From the NCBI RefSeq assembly GCF_000150275.1, contig NW_002060956.1, positions 62,001 to 126,000 on the forward strand: 64,000 nucleotides of DNA. Reading direction: 5' to 3'. The stretch comes from Trichoplax adhaerens. Lineage: Eukaryota > Animalia > Placozoa. Each line of letters opens with the position of its first letter. Positions within the stretch are counted from its first letter, which is position 1. The notes beneath the pieces were generated by a model. The model worked only from the letters and a program-made list of their open reading frames with translations, was not told the origin of the DNA and did no database searches. Both the position numbers and the translations under genes were made by a program. This document shows positions 13,301 through 25,364 of the stretch, in pieces.

Positions 13301-16300
13301 TTCTATTAATGAGCAATTACCGGCAGGCTAGCTGCATTCATACCAGCTAAGAATCCACTAATACATATCACCATAGCAATAGCCAAATTTAGATGAATAA
13401 AGTTCTTTACTGCATGTAATTTCCTAGAATGAATTTTAAGAGAACTGTTCTGATTAAAAATTTATAGATAAATTGATATAATTACCGTACCGTAAAAATT
13501 GTAATTCTTTTCTAACTGTACCATCGCTTTCATTTTATTTACTTTAATGCAGTCGTCAATTACTATGATAAACTATAAAGTGACTAACACAACAATTCTA
13601 TCCAATAATGGATTTTTGCTTACTATTGTTTCACGACCGTTGTCACTAAATGACTTTTGCTCACTACAGTTCCTCTTACTTTCGTCAAGTAACACACTTT
13701 TGTATATGTCGAGAATATTTACTGGACATCTACGACTTAATGCATTCTTTTATAGATAAATACATAGTTTTATAATATTTAAGTAGTAATAATTAATATT
13801 TATGCAGATTTACTATAAATTGACTGATTTTTCAAGAAAGTTTGGGTCAGTTTTATCCTAGGAAGACTAGTCGTATTACTGTTTCTCGTGACGATCTCCT
13901 ATCGTCAGTATTTATAACCGTACTGTAGGTAGATGTCGGGGAGGACAACCTGACAGAAGACTTGCAGTGTTCAGTTTTCTGCAATAATTTAATTTTTTCG
14001 CCGTTACAAATCGAACGATCGTGTTATATTTTTAGGTGCTTCATATAGGATGAACTTCTAGAGTAATAAGAATTATAAATTCTCAACCTGTAAATTCTTG
14101 GAATGTGAGTATCAATCATGATTATCTTTAGTAGACTATAAAACGCTGTATTTGCGGATTATGCTTTGTCTCAAACTAGTAACTATAATATATTTGCTTA
14201 GAGGGCCTTATCTATAAGAATTAAGAATCAGAAGTTCAGTAACTTCAGCTATTCATCGCTTTTATTCTTTAGACTGACAAGAGATTCCAAATAGGAGCCC
14301 CTAACCTCTCCAACATCTTTAGAAAATCAGTAACAAGATATTCTAGACTAACAAAAGATAATCTTGAATAGATAGTTTCTGTTATAGCTCATATCAATAT
14401 CAAACCTTTTACTACAAAAGTTTATTACATAAAAATTAACTATCATACTCGTTACGGACCTGCTGCTAATCAATATTATTATCATCATCAGTAGGGCGAA
14501 TAGTGAAATAGAGTAGCCAATATAAGTGATGTAGCGAAGGTAGGTATCATGAGGTCCAGTTAATGCCTACAATCAAAACACGATCAATGATGTCGTAGTA
14601 CATTAAAATCAGTCACGTAATATTGTGATATGTTGTGACTGTCATTGTGTCTTCTAAATCAAGTGCATTGTTCGAAGAATAAATGTAACGAAAAAGATTA
14701 AATTTAAAAAAATTTATTTAGCTCTCAAGAATTTTTCATGAAAATGCAGTGTACTCGTAACAAGGATACGAAAGGTTACCGAAACTCCACTTCAAGGAAA
14801 ATTAATAATCTGCCGTAAAGATTTACTGCATGCAAAAGGCAAATAACTTTATATATTGATGTATATCTACATTATCCTTAAACTATTTGTATTTTACGAA
14901 TATGATTGTATTACAGCATCAATAAATATTTCTGGTTTACCTTGGAGCCTTGCATAAGGACGGCGAAACTTGTAAAATGAATGGTTGTGCAATGTACAGT
15001 GCTAGAATTATAACCTATCAAATCTGTTCCATACTGCGACCATTGTCTGCAAACATGTTTGCGATTTAATAAAGTTTGAGTAGTATAAATATTAACATGA
15101 TGAATCATGATCTTAATATTAAGAATTCCTTATTTTAATCTCAACTAAACGAAGCGTAAATGTTACGTTATCTATTTTAATAAACAGGTAAGTTAGATTG
15201 ATGTTAGTCACGAAATACGCTTGGTTATTACTAGCATAACATCGAAGTTAGATAGACAAATTATCTTACGTATTCTCCCAATATACACATCGATAGGGTG
15301 GATGAAGCTAATAGTAAAAAGGACGTTACAGTACTTAGTTAGATTTAATCAATGTTTAAAAGGATTAATAAATCGGTAATAATCAATTTAACTGACCTTT
15401 CGATATCTTATTTTAAGATAAAAATGAACGGGTAAAGTAAAATTTTTATCTTGGAGTGGATACATTGAGCAAGACAAGATATTGGAAATAATACTAGACG
15501 AAATATTTGAAATATTGCTTAACATGAAACATATTGAACACTACTAGCGAAGTTAAAGAAAAGAAATTTAAGGGTAATCGCTAGCATTATGTACGATTAT
15601 GCTACAGAGCATAATATATGCACAAAATATAATAAATCTAGAGATACCTGCTACTAGTTTCGTCAGTGTTATTTTTGGTCCAACTCTCTTCAGCACGATA
15701 CGATCTTACTACCACAGTAACAGTATCAGCTATAATATGTTAAAGTTACGAACAAATAGAAGGATATCAAATATTGTACGGTATTAAATTGAATAGATGT
15801 GATTTGTTTGCTTGCAGATTTACAATTTTTCGCATAAATTAAAATTAAACTGTGTAACTGACTAGTATATTATACAGAAAAAGGCAATTAACTTATGACA
15901 TTGCTTTTCATCTTATTTGAAGAAGATACGGGAATATGTAATTTCGAATACATAATATGACCGGAGATATTCGATACCTTGGCTAGAAAACAGAAATATT
16001 GATCTCGGAATTCTTACTTCTGCTTCGGACTCATTAGATAGTGATAACACTAGATTGATGATTGGAGTCGTATCCGATACGGAGATTGTATAAGCAATTA
16101 ATTCTAGTATATAATATGCGATGCAAATAGCATTAGGATACAAGACAGGATATAAAGTCAGCAACAGATGAGTTAATATAGTTTCTCTTTCGGTAAATTA
16201 TTATGAAAGAGTAGATTCAAAATATAACTATAGCAAAGTCCCACAAGTAGTGCAAGCAACAAACACTTAATTATCTATATTGCTAACAAGTAAGTGGAGA

Positions 16301-19300
16301 CATAGTTTTGTTCAATAGAAATGAAAGCGTACACTGTATTAAATTGATGAAATAGGATGTTTTATTAGGATATTATTTATAGGAGCTCTGTTTGACACTA
16401 AACCGTATAGACTGAAGTATCATAGCAAACCTTTTGAATAGTTAATAGTGAGTAAAGCTTTTTATTACCATCACCGACCTGAGCCAAAGCTATAAAAGCC
16501 GGCTCATAATTGCAATTTTTATTCCCTTTTCCTACCTTACCTGATCGAAGTGTCTAATAAATGTAAAATTATTCCCGTTGCTCTCCTATAAGTACGAGTA
16601 ATCATAACTATTGCGTAGTATTTAAGTAAAGCTGTACTCTGGTATTAAGACTACAGTTCCCCTTTCGATCTTAGAGGATAATTGAGGTAGAGTAGCCTTA
16701 TTCTAAGTGCAGTTCTAAGTGATAGTGGGTGGAGCATATCGCTGAATAGCCTAACGAAAATTTACAAAAATTAAGCTCAACTTCGTACATTTCCAGTAAC
16801 TTAGTATAATCATCAACATCAGGTTAATAATTAAACAATTTCGATTCAGTCAAAAATTATAGCGACATGCTGATTTGTATATTATACAATAAGTAGTGTT
16901 TTCAATAGATATTTTAATGAGCATAATAAAGACTAACTAAAGAGAAAAAAATCGTTACGAATAATTTAAGGAAATAGGATGACAGAAATTCGAAATAGTA
17001 ACACGCTAAAATGATAGATTTTACGTTTTTCATAGTAAATGAAATAAATACCTGAATTTGGTGTCGATAAAGTTAGTCGTGTAGTAATATTGGCTTGATT
17101 AATTTGTTTTGCTAAAACAGCATCATAGTGATCGATTTGCTTGAGAACAGAACCAAGACGCTTTAATGTAGCAAATAATTAATCTCGATCAGGCATCTGA
17201 TTTCCGTAATTTTTAGCAATGAACATCAAAACATGTAATATATCATTATATCATCTCAAGTCTAAGGCAATTAATTTAGGGGATAATATGTCACACAGCA
17301 TAGTTTCAAAGCATGAAATTTTTCCCTCTTAAAATCCTAAAAGATATTAATGCTTGACTAACCTTATCAACACCTTTTGTAATATTTGCAATAAACTGAT
17401 CGTTGGCTACTTGTATCTCCTTTAACTATAAGTAAAGATCTGATATTTTAATTTATGTTATAAGATCGAGAATTCATTAATAGCTTATACTAACGAATTT
17501 GTTGTTATGGATACAATTGTTGCATCATTACAAGAGAAATAAACCTTAGGTCCTTACTAGTACAGTATTAATCAACATGTCTAAATTTAATCATAAATGC
17601 ATTATTAATAAATTTTAAATAATTAAGAGTTATTAATTTAGTACAAGAGTTAATTATTAACTCTAATAAACAATAAAATAAGAATCCTATCTAAGAAACA
17701 TCATATTACTTTTAAAATTGAAGGTAAAATATTTGTACGCTTTCCCTACTATTTACCGTATTATTTGTCATGAAACCAGATGCAACAGAGTTTCCATTAT
17801 CCAATGAAGGAGACGGATTGAATACAGTGCTTGCAGTAACTAATGTAAAGACGATATTTACAATATAAATGAGAATAGCCGGGCGGCGAAATCCTTAAGA
17901 AATTGATAATCATGATTTAGATCAGCCTAATACAAAATTTGTACATTATCTTGTTAGAATATTACATATCGTACATATGAATATGTAATATATTAGTTTA
18001 TGTTTCGTGACAAAAAATCAATGAATCCATTAAATAAGCTTTAAAAAAATAGTTGTTATTCTACAGAACAATGGATCTTTTTGTCATTAGTTATAGGATA
18101 TTTACATTATAAGTACAGGATAGTCGCTAGAATATTCTAATGGCTGTATCACTGTATTTGAAAGGTGGCCAAATGATAGAATGGGTACATAGGTATATCG
18201 TTAAAAGACAGTAAGTGTTAATCATGTCTAATGATACCTGCAGGGAACTCGCTAGAATATCCAGATGGCAGCATTGCTGGCGACGAAAGACTACCTGAAT
18301 GATTGAGCAAGTCTACAGATACATGGCTGGAAAAATATCCGTAAGCATCACTAGTTTTCCTGTACACTAGACAAATGAAGAAGTATAAATTAGCTACTGT
18401 TGCAAAATAACATAATATAAAAGTCTCACTCGTACTGTTAAAGCTACTGCAATAAGTAATCTTTCATAGTACTTATATAAAGCGTAGTAAAATTCGTTCA
18501 TGATAATATATCATTTAAAGTGCATTCGTATTAAATGTGATACAGAAATTAAATAGAAAATCACACATACCGCTTACAGGCAATATTGATGGATTTTCTT
18601 GCCTACTTGAAGTAAAACTAAAACAAGAGCTGGTATGACCTTTTAATGATGATGTTGATGGATTTTCTTGCCTACTTAAAGCAAGACTAAAGCCAGAGCT
18701 GATATAACTGCTTAATGATGGTGTTGTTGGATTTTCTTGCCTACTTAAAGTAGGGCTAACGCCAGAGCTAGTAGGACCGCTTAATGACGATGTTACTGGA
18801 TTTTCATGCTTACTTTTAGTAAGACTAAAGCCGGAGCTATTTTGATTACTTAATGATGACGTTGATGGATTTTCTTGCCTGTTTAAAGTAGGGCTAAAGC
18901 TAGAGATGGTAGAACTGCTTAATAATGACGTTAATGGACTTTTTTGCGTACTTGAAACAAGACTAAAGTCCGAACTGGTGCGATCGCTTAATGATAGTGT
19001 TGATGGGTTTCCTTGTCTACTTATAGTAAGACTAAAATCAGGATAGATGGGACTAATTAGTGACGACACTGATACATTTTCTTGCCTACTTAAAGTAAGA
19101 TTAAAACTAGAACTGGTAGACCTAAATGATAATTCATCATTGAGGCTGCTAAAAGTAAACATCAATTTTTCATCATTAGTTGTAGTAGTTACTGAAATAA
19201 CACTTGAGATGGAATACATTATTAAATTTGACGATGACTGCAGATGATGATTTGCAGCTTTTTCTGTATCCGATACACTTGCATTAGCAATGGAGATAGG

Positions 19301-22300
19301 ATCTGATAAAAAGGAATTTGATCATAAATCATGAACGCAACTCGAAACCAAATCTAGAAAAAATAAGTGTACGGTTAATTCTACCTGTTACTATTATAGT
19401 TGATGGATTTTCAATGATACTTGCGCTAATATGCGATTTGTTAGGAGTTGATGTCATCAATTCCATTTGGCTTAACGTGCTCATTACTAAAATAGGAGAA
19501 TTACCAAGCGTCCATGGACTAGACGATATAGATTGATCATATATATTGGAATACTTTTCACTGCCTATGACTGTACTTTTTGTTGAGATAATATTAGCAG
19601 TATTATCAATAGCTAAAGTTGAAGATGTAATGAGCGATGATGATAAATCCTGGTATGTGATTGAATGAGAGTTAAAATTCAAAATAGTAGACGCAAACAT
19701 CTGTGAAGTGCTCGTTGTTAGTATCGTGGCAATATCAAAACTGGTACTAACCAGGTTCAGATCATTATGCATAATGATGGTAGACGATTCTAATAGACCC
19801 TCAGACTGCGTTGAGCTAAAGACAAAATCTAAATTACTACTAGATGTTAACAACTGTGAATCACTCGTCGTGTTGGCTATCATGCTATTGCCTAAACCAG
19901 ATAATAAAGAGGATGATATAAATAAATTCTCATGTGTAGTTGAGTTGATGATCGCGTTTGACGCACCCATCTCATTGATCGTGGTGGTTGTTGCCGTTGA
20001 AATGATGCCGTCTTTAGATGAAGTTGATATTACTACTGAAGGACTTATTTCGCCTGAGGAAGTATCAGAGACTACTGAGGTTGTACTAAGAGTTGCTGAG
20101 GAAGAAGAACACACTATGCTAATAGGCCTTTGACAGATGTATCTATAAGTATCGCTGCAGTCACTATTACGCCATTGAAACTTATTTGATGGTAAACTTC
20201 TAGCATGAACGCATCTTTTATTCTCGTGCTTTGGATAACTGTTTGCCCAATAATCTGGGCCACTGGTAACACTCTTACCATTTGACAACCAGCGATAATC
20301 ATCAATTTGATTATTGCCTACTATATCTTTTAATCCAATCCAGTAAAGAATATTATGCTGTAGTATTCCCTTTAAGTTATCATGAATTGTAGAGGTATTA
20401 TCGGCTGCTAAATCGCCACAAGGAAATGCCTGGCAAGCGATTCGAGCATCTTCGAATGATTCAACGTTCGTAAAGGATTTAAAGCATCGATTACTAATTT
20501 CCGTCCATCCATCAGCACATTCCTCTATTTGATTAAGAATTAACATTTAGCTAAAATATAGATTATTTCATACACTCCTCTATTTAGATATGTGATATAT
20601 TAAAGATCCTGGCAAAGTAATCGGAAAGTATAAACTTGTAGTACTGGTAACTTTCTCTTTTCAACATTGAACTCCGTATTGTCGATTTAAATTTTACAAT
20701 ATCAAATATGGGTATAGCTACGTTATACATTAGTTTCGAAATTATCAACTTCCTTTTGCAGACATGCGATATGATTACAGCTCAGTTTTGCATGTAAAGC
20801 TGAGATAGACGCAAATATATCAATATCCTATATAATTAGATATTTAAATGAAACAGATATATTAAGATTATTTATACCCTTTACACTGTACTTTTTTGTT
20901 ATTTCAAATTTTTAAAACTACGATCATATCAAAGCTGTCATAAATATGATCTTAGATTTCATCTTCACTAATTCAAACTTGCTTGTAAATTTAAATATCA
21001 TCCATATCGCAGAATAATTTTAAACGTGACGACATGAAACCATAAAACACCTTAAGATGTTTAATTATGTTCCTCTATTTAAACTTATTCAATACTAAAA
21101 CGCTGGTTACTACCAAACATTAGTATTGTCACAGCTAAAAATTATGATGAAACGTAAAAATTAATAGATATCTTTTCTAGTTAATTAGCTTTACCCGAGA
21201 AAATTATTCCTATTAATTATTAATGTTTGACTACCTTTATAAAGTAATTTTGTTAAAGCCTTTCTTATCTTTGATTAATTTACCAATCTATTACCGATTA
21301 CTCACGAACTCGTTACTTTCAAGTAAATAAATAAACTACTAAATGATTAAAATAACCATGATTCTAGGCAGCAGATCAGTTTTTCTACATTCAATCCAAG
21401 ATATAAATTATTTATATCATCTATAGATCAACATTTTAACAAACCTTGAGCAATGGCGATGCGCAACGTTATGCAAAGGATCTAGAAATGGATCCAATAT
21501 AAAATCTTAATTCCCTTAATAGAAAATTACTATCAAACATTATTAATTTCATCCTATAGTTTTAGGTCATTGCTGTTTAGGTTATAATTGTTTCTTTGTG
21601 CATTCATGAAACAGTAGAGAAGAGCTACGTAAAATTGATGTTATACTATTAATATTACAGTTTTAGTTATGATAAATCAATTTACTTATTAAAACTCGGC
21701 AAGAATTAAAATCTTACTAAAAATTTCTTGGAAAGTCTGCACAAAAATTCTATATAGTAAATACTGTAATTAACCTTTAAGTGTATTGCTACATACACAA
21801 CTTACATAAACCATATATCTTCTACGAGTGTAAGCAAAGGATGTAAGTGTACAACAGTTTTATTAAGTATAATTATATACTGATAAAGGAAATCTAATTT
21901 CATGATAGTTATCATTTGTACTTATTGTTTAACCTTATCAAAGGTATACGCCATAAATGGCGGAGAACTTAACCGCTAGTGAGTAACTAGCAAGTACAAA
22001 TGCAGCAGATCAGATTTACATTAAAACTACCTTATCGATTAGAAAACGGCATAGGTTTAAAAAAGAATACAACACATTTAAGACATCACAAAATTGGGAA
22101 AATTTTATAAAAGGTTTCTAATTGTCAGTTATGACACTTTCACTCCTTTGTGTATGATCCCATGAACGCTCTTGCTAGAAAAAGTTATACTTAATTTGTA
22201 GTCTGCTTTTCTATTTTGATACATTATNNNNNNNNNNNNNNNNNNNNNNNNNNNNNNNNNNNNNNNNNNNNNNNNNNNNNNNNNNNNNNNNNNNNNNNNN

Positions 22301-22631
22301 NNNNNNNNNNNNGAAAAATAATGCTTCTCTTGGGCCCTGAACCATAGCCCCTGAACAGTAAAATCCAACTTAAGGATGGCCGTAACATAAAATTTAGGCA
22401 GATATATTAAAGTGATAAGCTACGATTATGTACGTTATAAATATATGTACTGTAATGGAAGAGCAGGGACAAGTACACCCGTCGCGTAAAAATTATATCA
22501 AAATAGAATTGACAAGTGCGGTAAGCAAACATTTTACGGTATATAGCAGCAGTCATTCTTATTATAAATTTTAAATAAAGTCAAGATATTGATATAGCAT
22601 TCTACAATATACTTACCAAAATGATATCCAT
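10347..22631 (-). CDS. Adhesion GPCR gene 1 (CTLD - Ser/Thr stalk - GAIN/GPS - 7TM), ~25 exons, ~1270 aa
   Basis: Phase-consistent GT-AG exons: 22617-22631 MDIIL; 21445-21481 ILCITLRIAIAQ; 19385-20524 CTLD and stalk; 18571-19302; 18238-18366; 17757-17839; GAIN exons 17425 to ~15270; GPS 14941-15046 (HFTSFAVLM); TM1 ~14460-14566 (YITYIGYSIS); TM2 ~13321-13423 (FIHLNL); TM3 ~12828-12986 (LHFFYLASLMWMMMEA); ECL2 CWI ~12450; TM6-7 ~11642-11768; micro-exon 10605-10629; last exon 10347-10425 ending DVVTHL*. Confidence 0.9.
14941..15307 (-). other. GPS motif and Stachel exons of gene 1
   Basis: YRCVYWENT | QWSQYGTDLIGYNSSTVHCTTIHF/TSFAVLMQGSK. Confidence 0.9.
18575..19110 (-). repeat. Coding tandem repeat, 69-nt (23-aa) unit, ~8 copies, in gene 1 exon 4
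   Basis: SRQENPSTSSLS...SSGFSLTL units. 'ttttcttgcctact'-like motif recurs at 69-nt spacing (18594, 18663, 18732 ... 19077). Confidence 0.9.
20125..20524 (-). other. C-type lectin-like domain of gene 1
   Basis: CADGW...RCF...F-EDARIAC...YWIGLKD...YRW...CV...WRNSDC...YIC pattern. Confidence 0.9.
22228..22312. other. Assembly gap (N run) in intron 1 of gene 1
   Basis: Run of n characters. Confidence 1.
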
Positions 22632-23824
22632 CAGATCATTTCCGCAAAGATAGAAAAGAAATTGCTATACTAATTACGCATGCAGAATAATTGACGATTT
22701 ACTTATATTAAATGTTATTTGCTAACATATATATGGAATTGGGAATGAATCAGATATGTAAATGTCACTATTTTTATTTCAATAGGGATACACCCTCTGT
22801 CGCTTGATCTGATTGTTTTAATTGATAAATAGTTATTTTAAAATACAAGAATTAAACAAGCCTATACATTAATCAATAACAAATATTAAGAGTGTAAAAT
22901 AATGATCAAATGGAAAAAATTGCTGTGAAATATATCATTTCATGACTGCTTAGCCGCTAAGAGCATCACACTATATACTTAAATATACTGTAAGCTCAGT
23001 GCTTACTCTGAATTATCTTAATTATTAACTCCATCAAACAATAAATTGTTTCATTTCAATTTTCAATACATTTCATAAAATGCCAGTAGCATTGTTCAAG
23101 CTCTAGTAAGGCCTATTTTCACACAATACTCGGCTCGCAGTAATTGTTTTCTATAAGTAATAGGATATGACTACACCGTAATTCTATGCTGTCTATCATT
23201 CATGTTCACCGATACATCTTTACTAGGATCTGCATGTAGATAATACGATATCACACATACCATGATGATATAAAAATTGGAATTGCTTTTCTTAGTGTAA
23301 ACCAATATCGAATACCTAATTGGACGTCGCTAAGAGTAAATTATATTATACATTTCTACTTTATATCAAAATAGACTCAAGCTTAATGCATATTATTAAT
23401 GCCACACATAGATTCAATTAAATGAAATTTAGGTAGAATTCATCCATTTAGCAGATTCTTTAATAGTTCATGCAGCTACTAATTGTTCTTGATGAGAACA
23501 ATTTCTTAATATTTAGTTTTACAGAGTACTATTATGAATATACCGAATTATAAACCTATTATGCTTTAACGAGTCAAAAAATCGAAAATATAGGTGCAAT
23601 ACCCGTAATAAGATAAAATTATGTCTACTATACTATCACATTCACATATTCAAGAATAAAAAATCATGAGTGTAAGATTTGAAAACATGATCGATTGTAA
23701 TGTACGACATTAGTGATATCAATCTTGACGCACCGGAAATAATTAACAGTAGAAAAAGAAAATAAAATCATAACATTATTACTTCTTTAGATGGGATTAG
23801 ATCATACAGACTTTTAGTGCTCAA

Positions 23825-24070
23825 TCATATAACAGATGATAATCAATTAGACAGATGTGCCATACACATCTACATCATAATCAATCAATGATATCTATTC
23901 GTCTCTCAAAAATATATCTTAAAACTAACTGCAATATTCAATTACTATCATATAACAGATGATAATCAATTAGACAGATGTGCCATACACATCTACATCA
24001 TAATCAATCAATGATATCTATTCGTCTCTCAAAAATATATCTTAAAACTAACTGCAATATTCAATTACTA
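23825..24070. repeat. Perfect 123-bp tandem duplication
   Basis: 23825-23947 equals 23948-24070. Single copy in block A (~336-458). Confidence 0.9.
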
Positions 24071-24530
24071 AATTATTATACCAGCAATCTTTAATAATTG
24101 CTATTCAATTCTTTTTTAATAAAGAAACTTAAAACAAATCAATAAAGCAAATTAACAATATCGCCATGTATACGTCATATTATCTTCCGGAACGTATATA
24201 CAGCTTCAATTAGATTTCGGTATTGTTCATAACAACCTACAAAGATAAATTAGACGTATGACGCGTACCGCTTCATACTGTATTCTTCTAAACAAAAGAT
24301 TAATGTTTTAAAAATTCCTAGAAATTACAGTCAAGTTGTGTAATAAAACATTCTTCGATAGACTTTAAGTTAGCAAATACAATTTAATTTTAGATGATAG
24401 ATGAATCAAATTTACTCAGTATATTAATTATTCTATAAGTTTTATACAGTAATGATAACAATAGCTGACATTAACATCATCGGAATGATAGCTAATGCTT
24501 ACAGTATTCAGAAAATATTAATAATCGTAT

Positions 24531-24789
24531 TGTAACAAGTTCCCGAGCAAATGTAGAGACAACGTATTAGCAAAGAATAGAACTTTATTAAGACTTATAA
24601 GTGCAAACTAATAAAGTATGACAGCAACGTTCATATATATAGTCTATCATGGAATATTCTAGAACTTATTAGTAGATATTATAATATACATAGACTGAGT
24701 ATTCTAGAAGGTTCTGCATGTATATGAGGTTCAAATGCGTGCGCATCTAAGACTGACTCTTACGAAGTCACTCTACTAATACTATGACA
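24531..24789 (-). mobile_element. Short solo LTR, family D
   Basis: TGT...ACA termini and TSD CGTAT/CGTAC. Empty site 'cgtaccttgacaat' at ~915. Minus-strand TATA ~24635 and AATAAA ~24584. Confidence 0.75.
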
Positions 24790-24803
24790 CGTACATTGAC
24801 AAT

Positions 24804-25364
24804 TGTGATATATACCGATCATGAAATCCCAAATTTAGAAAAATAAGGGCTTTATTGAATCTTATACAAAGATTAACTACACATAGCTCTACTCTAGCCG
24901 AATATTACTACTAATGACTTCTACAACGAACTAACTGAATAATCTAAAGTTGCATGCCTTTATACTTTTCGTAGCATTCGCAGCTACAATCCGCATGGCA
25001 ACCTTTTACCTTATTTTACATATAGTTAAATTATTCTTAGTAACACTATTCTACTGCGGACCATCATTAATCCGATATGGATACGACTACAGTATTTACG
25101 TAGACATTATTCACACCAGCCAAAGTACAATGAATTGAGCATATCCTAATATACGATTTACGGTTCTATTGTTACCTATAACCTTATTAGTAACTCAACA
25201 CCTTACTGTATATAGTCATCTGTACTTTAGCATAGAGTCTATACCACTACAGTCTATAGTTATGGCTACCAAATATCTCTTAGGATAAAAATAGAAGTTA
25301 CGCTACTGTATATTACACTAAACATGGCTAATAGTCTACAATCACAATGCTAAGTTACATTACA
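24804..25364 (-). mobile_element. Solo LTR, family C
   Basis: TGTGAT...ATTACA termini with perfect TSD ACAAT. Near-identical to 9706-10272 but with a different TSD. Empty site at ~924. Confidence 0.9.

Noticed and set aside
13500-14008. Possible LTR in the TM1-TM2 intron of gene 1 (TGTAA...TTACA, minus-strand TATA and AATAAA)
   Set aside because: No matching TSD or second copy, and boundaries are uncertain.
18575-19110. Regularly spaced repeats superficially like a CRISPR array
   Set aside because: In-frame coding repeats within a eukaryotic exon, with no unique spacers or cas genes.
19047-20133. Plus-strand ORFs (19047, 19318, 19708; also 37926, 55632)
   Set aside because: Antisense shadows of the Ser/Thr-rich stalk exons, with no independent evidence.
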